A program made the position numbers and the translations under genes. The notes below the pieces were generated by a model that worked only from the letters and a program-made list of their open reading frames with translations, was not told where the DNA came from and did not search any database. DNA of 64,000 bases from the human T2T-CHM13v2.0 reference genome, Homo sapiens. Location of the stretch: NCBI RefSeq assembly GCF_009914755.1, contig NC_060937.1; one strand, written 5' to 3'. The stretch's first letter is position 1. Every line of letters starts with the position of its first letter. Of this stretch, positions 61,655-64,000 are shown in pieces.

Positions 61655-61855
61655 CCAGTGTGGTGTTGAAGCCGGGCCACTGCCCGTGGGTCATTTCCAC
61701 CGTGGTCAGTGTGGTGTCAAAGCCGGGCCACTGCCCATGGGTCATTTCCACCGTGGCCAGTGTGGTGTCGAAGCCGGGCCACTGCCTGTGGGTCATTTCC
61801 ACCGTGGCCAGTGTGGCGTCGAAGCCGGGCCACTGCCCGTGGGTCATTTCTGCTG
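61655..61855. repeat. 51-bp minisatellite x~4
   Basis: 17-aa periodicity (KPGHCPWVISTVASVVS) in ORF 61270..61896. Confidence 0.93.
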
Positions 61856-63853
61856 TGGTTGGTGGTAGTGAGCCCAGGTGGTTCTGGGTGGCCTGAGCGC
61901 TGCCCAGCACCCACTCCCCAAGCCCTGCAGGTGGTGACTCCAATGAGCAAAGGCCAATGGCTGTTTTACAGAAAACAGAGGGCACCTTCCTGGCCATCAC
62001 CCGGCCTCCTGCCTTCACACAGAATCCCCCAGCTCCTGGTGCAGCAGTGCTGGCCTGGCCTGTGGCTGCCCACTCCCAGGCACTGCCGTTCCCATCATGG
62101 TCAGACCTCTGCGTTTTGCTGTTGGCCTCCCCCGCGCCCTGTTCCAGCACGGCGCTCTTGACGGCCCGCAGAGAGGCTCTGGGGAGCACTGAGCACCCAC
62201 GGCCAGGGCAGCTCAAGAATCCTTTTGTGTCTCTGGTGGTGCCAGGGGCAGAGTCGCTTGGGTTTCACCCCGCACAGGCCGGCCTCGCTGCCCCTGTGGA
62301 CAGGTTCGTGTGTAAGGTCCTGCCCACGCCACACCAGCTCCTGTGCACACACAGCAGCCCCCCTTTTTTTGTTCCCACTGTCCTCAATCAGACTTTTGGT
62401 TCTGTCTGGCCAGAGGCCCCACGTGCGGTGCCTCAGAGCGACTGGGGGCCTGGACGGGGAGGGCACGCTGGCAGCCAGGCCCCACAGGCCAGTCCCTGCT
62501 GCTGTAGAGGAGGCACCTGGGCCCCCACCCTTGCTGTGTCTCAGCCTCCCTTGCTGGGGGCAGCTGCAGGTGCACTCAGGAGGCCAAGCTGCAGGTCTGC
62601 AACCGGAAAATCACAGTCCTCAATTCTCACACAGATGCAGGCCTGGTGTGGTGCCTGGAAGGCTCAACTGCCTCCAGCTGTGACCCCAAGAAGGCAAAGC
62701 ACCCGGGTGGGGTGGAAGGAGCAGCCCCGTGCTCTGCTGGCTGACAGTGGTGCCCAGGCCCAGCTCCCTTCTCTGCACAGACAGCAGAGTTCCGCTTAGC
62801 ACAGGCTTTTCCTTGCCAGCGCAGACGCTGTCAGCCATTGGAACTGGCCTGCAAGACAGCTTGCTGTGGCGGCTTTGCAGGCACAGGGCACACAGGCATC
62901 CGTGCACGCAGCTCCTCTGTCCTCCCATGCCCCACACCCTCCATCGCAAGGAAACGCTTGCTTCCAGTGGTACCAAATAGGATTTGGAACCAGTTTGTGC
63001 CCAAGCTCAAATCTCGTTAGCATCTGCCTGTTTCCCTGGTGTGCATGTGTCCTGCCTCGATGCATTTGGCAGCAGGTGGGATGCGCTGGGCCTGCTGCCT
63101 GGTTGCTGCCTTTGCGTGTTTATTTAGCCCCAATGGCGTCTCCCATCTCCCCCGCATGGGAAAGGCCGGTGCTGCCCTCTGGGAGCCTGGCAGGAGGAAC
63201 ACTGGGTTGGGGAGGGGGGCATGTGTGGTCCCAAGTCTGGAAGAAGCTCCTTCCTCTTCTCCCGCTGGGAGCTGCGTGGCCGATGGGAGCCCATCTCCAC
63301 CGCGGCACCTGCATGGTCTCAGCCTTCCGGTTCGGTGCCGCTGTGCCGGGGGCTACTCTCTTGCCAGTGGGGACCACAGCCCTCGGTATCCCATAGGTCA
63401 AGGGCGTCAGGCCCTCTCAGTGAGCTTCAGTCATTCACTTTAGAAACTGCTTCCCGGCTCGGTCTGCTAGGTGTTGAACATGACCGTGGCACTCACTGAA
63501 AACACCTGCCTGGGAGGGCATCTGCGGCAGGAAGGCTGCTTCCCTCCTGGCTGAGGGGCACTGCCCTGCCTGACAAGGGCGTGGCTTCCCAGGGCCTGGG
63601 GATCGAGGTCTCCCACAGGGTGGCCCAGCAATTGGAAGCAGATGGTCTCAAACCCTGAAACGTGCCAGGCATTCTGGAAGTTTGCAGGGGTGTCCTGCTC
63701 AGCTCTTTATGAACCTGGGAAGATGACAGGCTCTGTTGGGGGCCCACGGCACACATTTCAGGGGGTCTGTGGGACTTAGCTGACCCCACCTCAGACAGAT
63801 GCAGACAGCGGCTCATCACCGGGGGGTCCCTCACGGGTGTCTGTCTCTCTTAG

Positions 63854-63975
63854 GTTGGAGCAAAACGTCCCACTCACTGGAGGCACCTGAGGACGACGGG
63901 GGCTGGTCAAGTGCAGAGGAGCAGATTAACTCGTCCGACGCAGAGGAGGACGGCGGGTTGGGCCCCAAGAAGCTG
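63854..63975 (+). CDS. MCF2L: MCF2L exon preceding the SH3 domain: (G)WSKTSHSLEAPEDDGGWSSAEEQINSSDAEEDGGLGPKKL
   Basis: ctgtctctcttag|GT ... CTG|gtaacc; 122 nt, phase 1/0. Confidence 0.93.
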
Positions 63976-64000
63976 GTAACCACGGCTTCCCTGTGGGCAC

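Overview
This is GC-rich mammalian (human) genomic DNA lying entirely inside the + strand gene MCF2L (DBS/Ost), a Dbl-family Rho GEF in the subtelomeric region 13q34. The gene was recognised from memory of the protein, not by a database search. I reconstructed 26 coding exons between 14756 and 63975. All have canonical AG/GT boundaries, consistent phases and no stops, and total 2965 nt (1 nt + 988 codons). They encode the C-terminal part of the Sec14/CRAL-TRIO domain, spectrin-like repeats, the DH domain, the PH domain and the C-terminal linker; the first exons and the SH3 exon(s) lie outside the window. Introns hold 9 Alus, old L1 and MaLR LTR fragments and about 25 tandem repeats. Nearly all long ORFs in the supplied track are repeat artefacts. 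The most unusual items are: a ~420-bp near-perfect non-Alu inverted repeat whose outer ends sit in tandem repeats; a 31 x 66-bp minisatellite grown from an internally deleted Alu right arm; inverted Alus flanking three phase-0, stop-free exons (circRNA candidate); an 18-bp VNTR with ~44 GTGAGT donor motifs; and several routes to SH3-less isoforms. None is demonstrably a new biological system; all are testable hypotheses.
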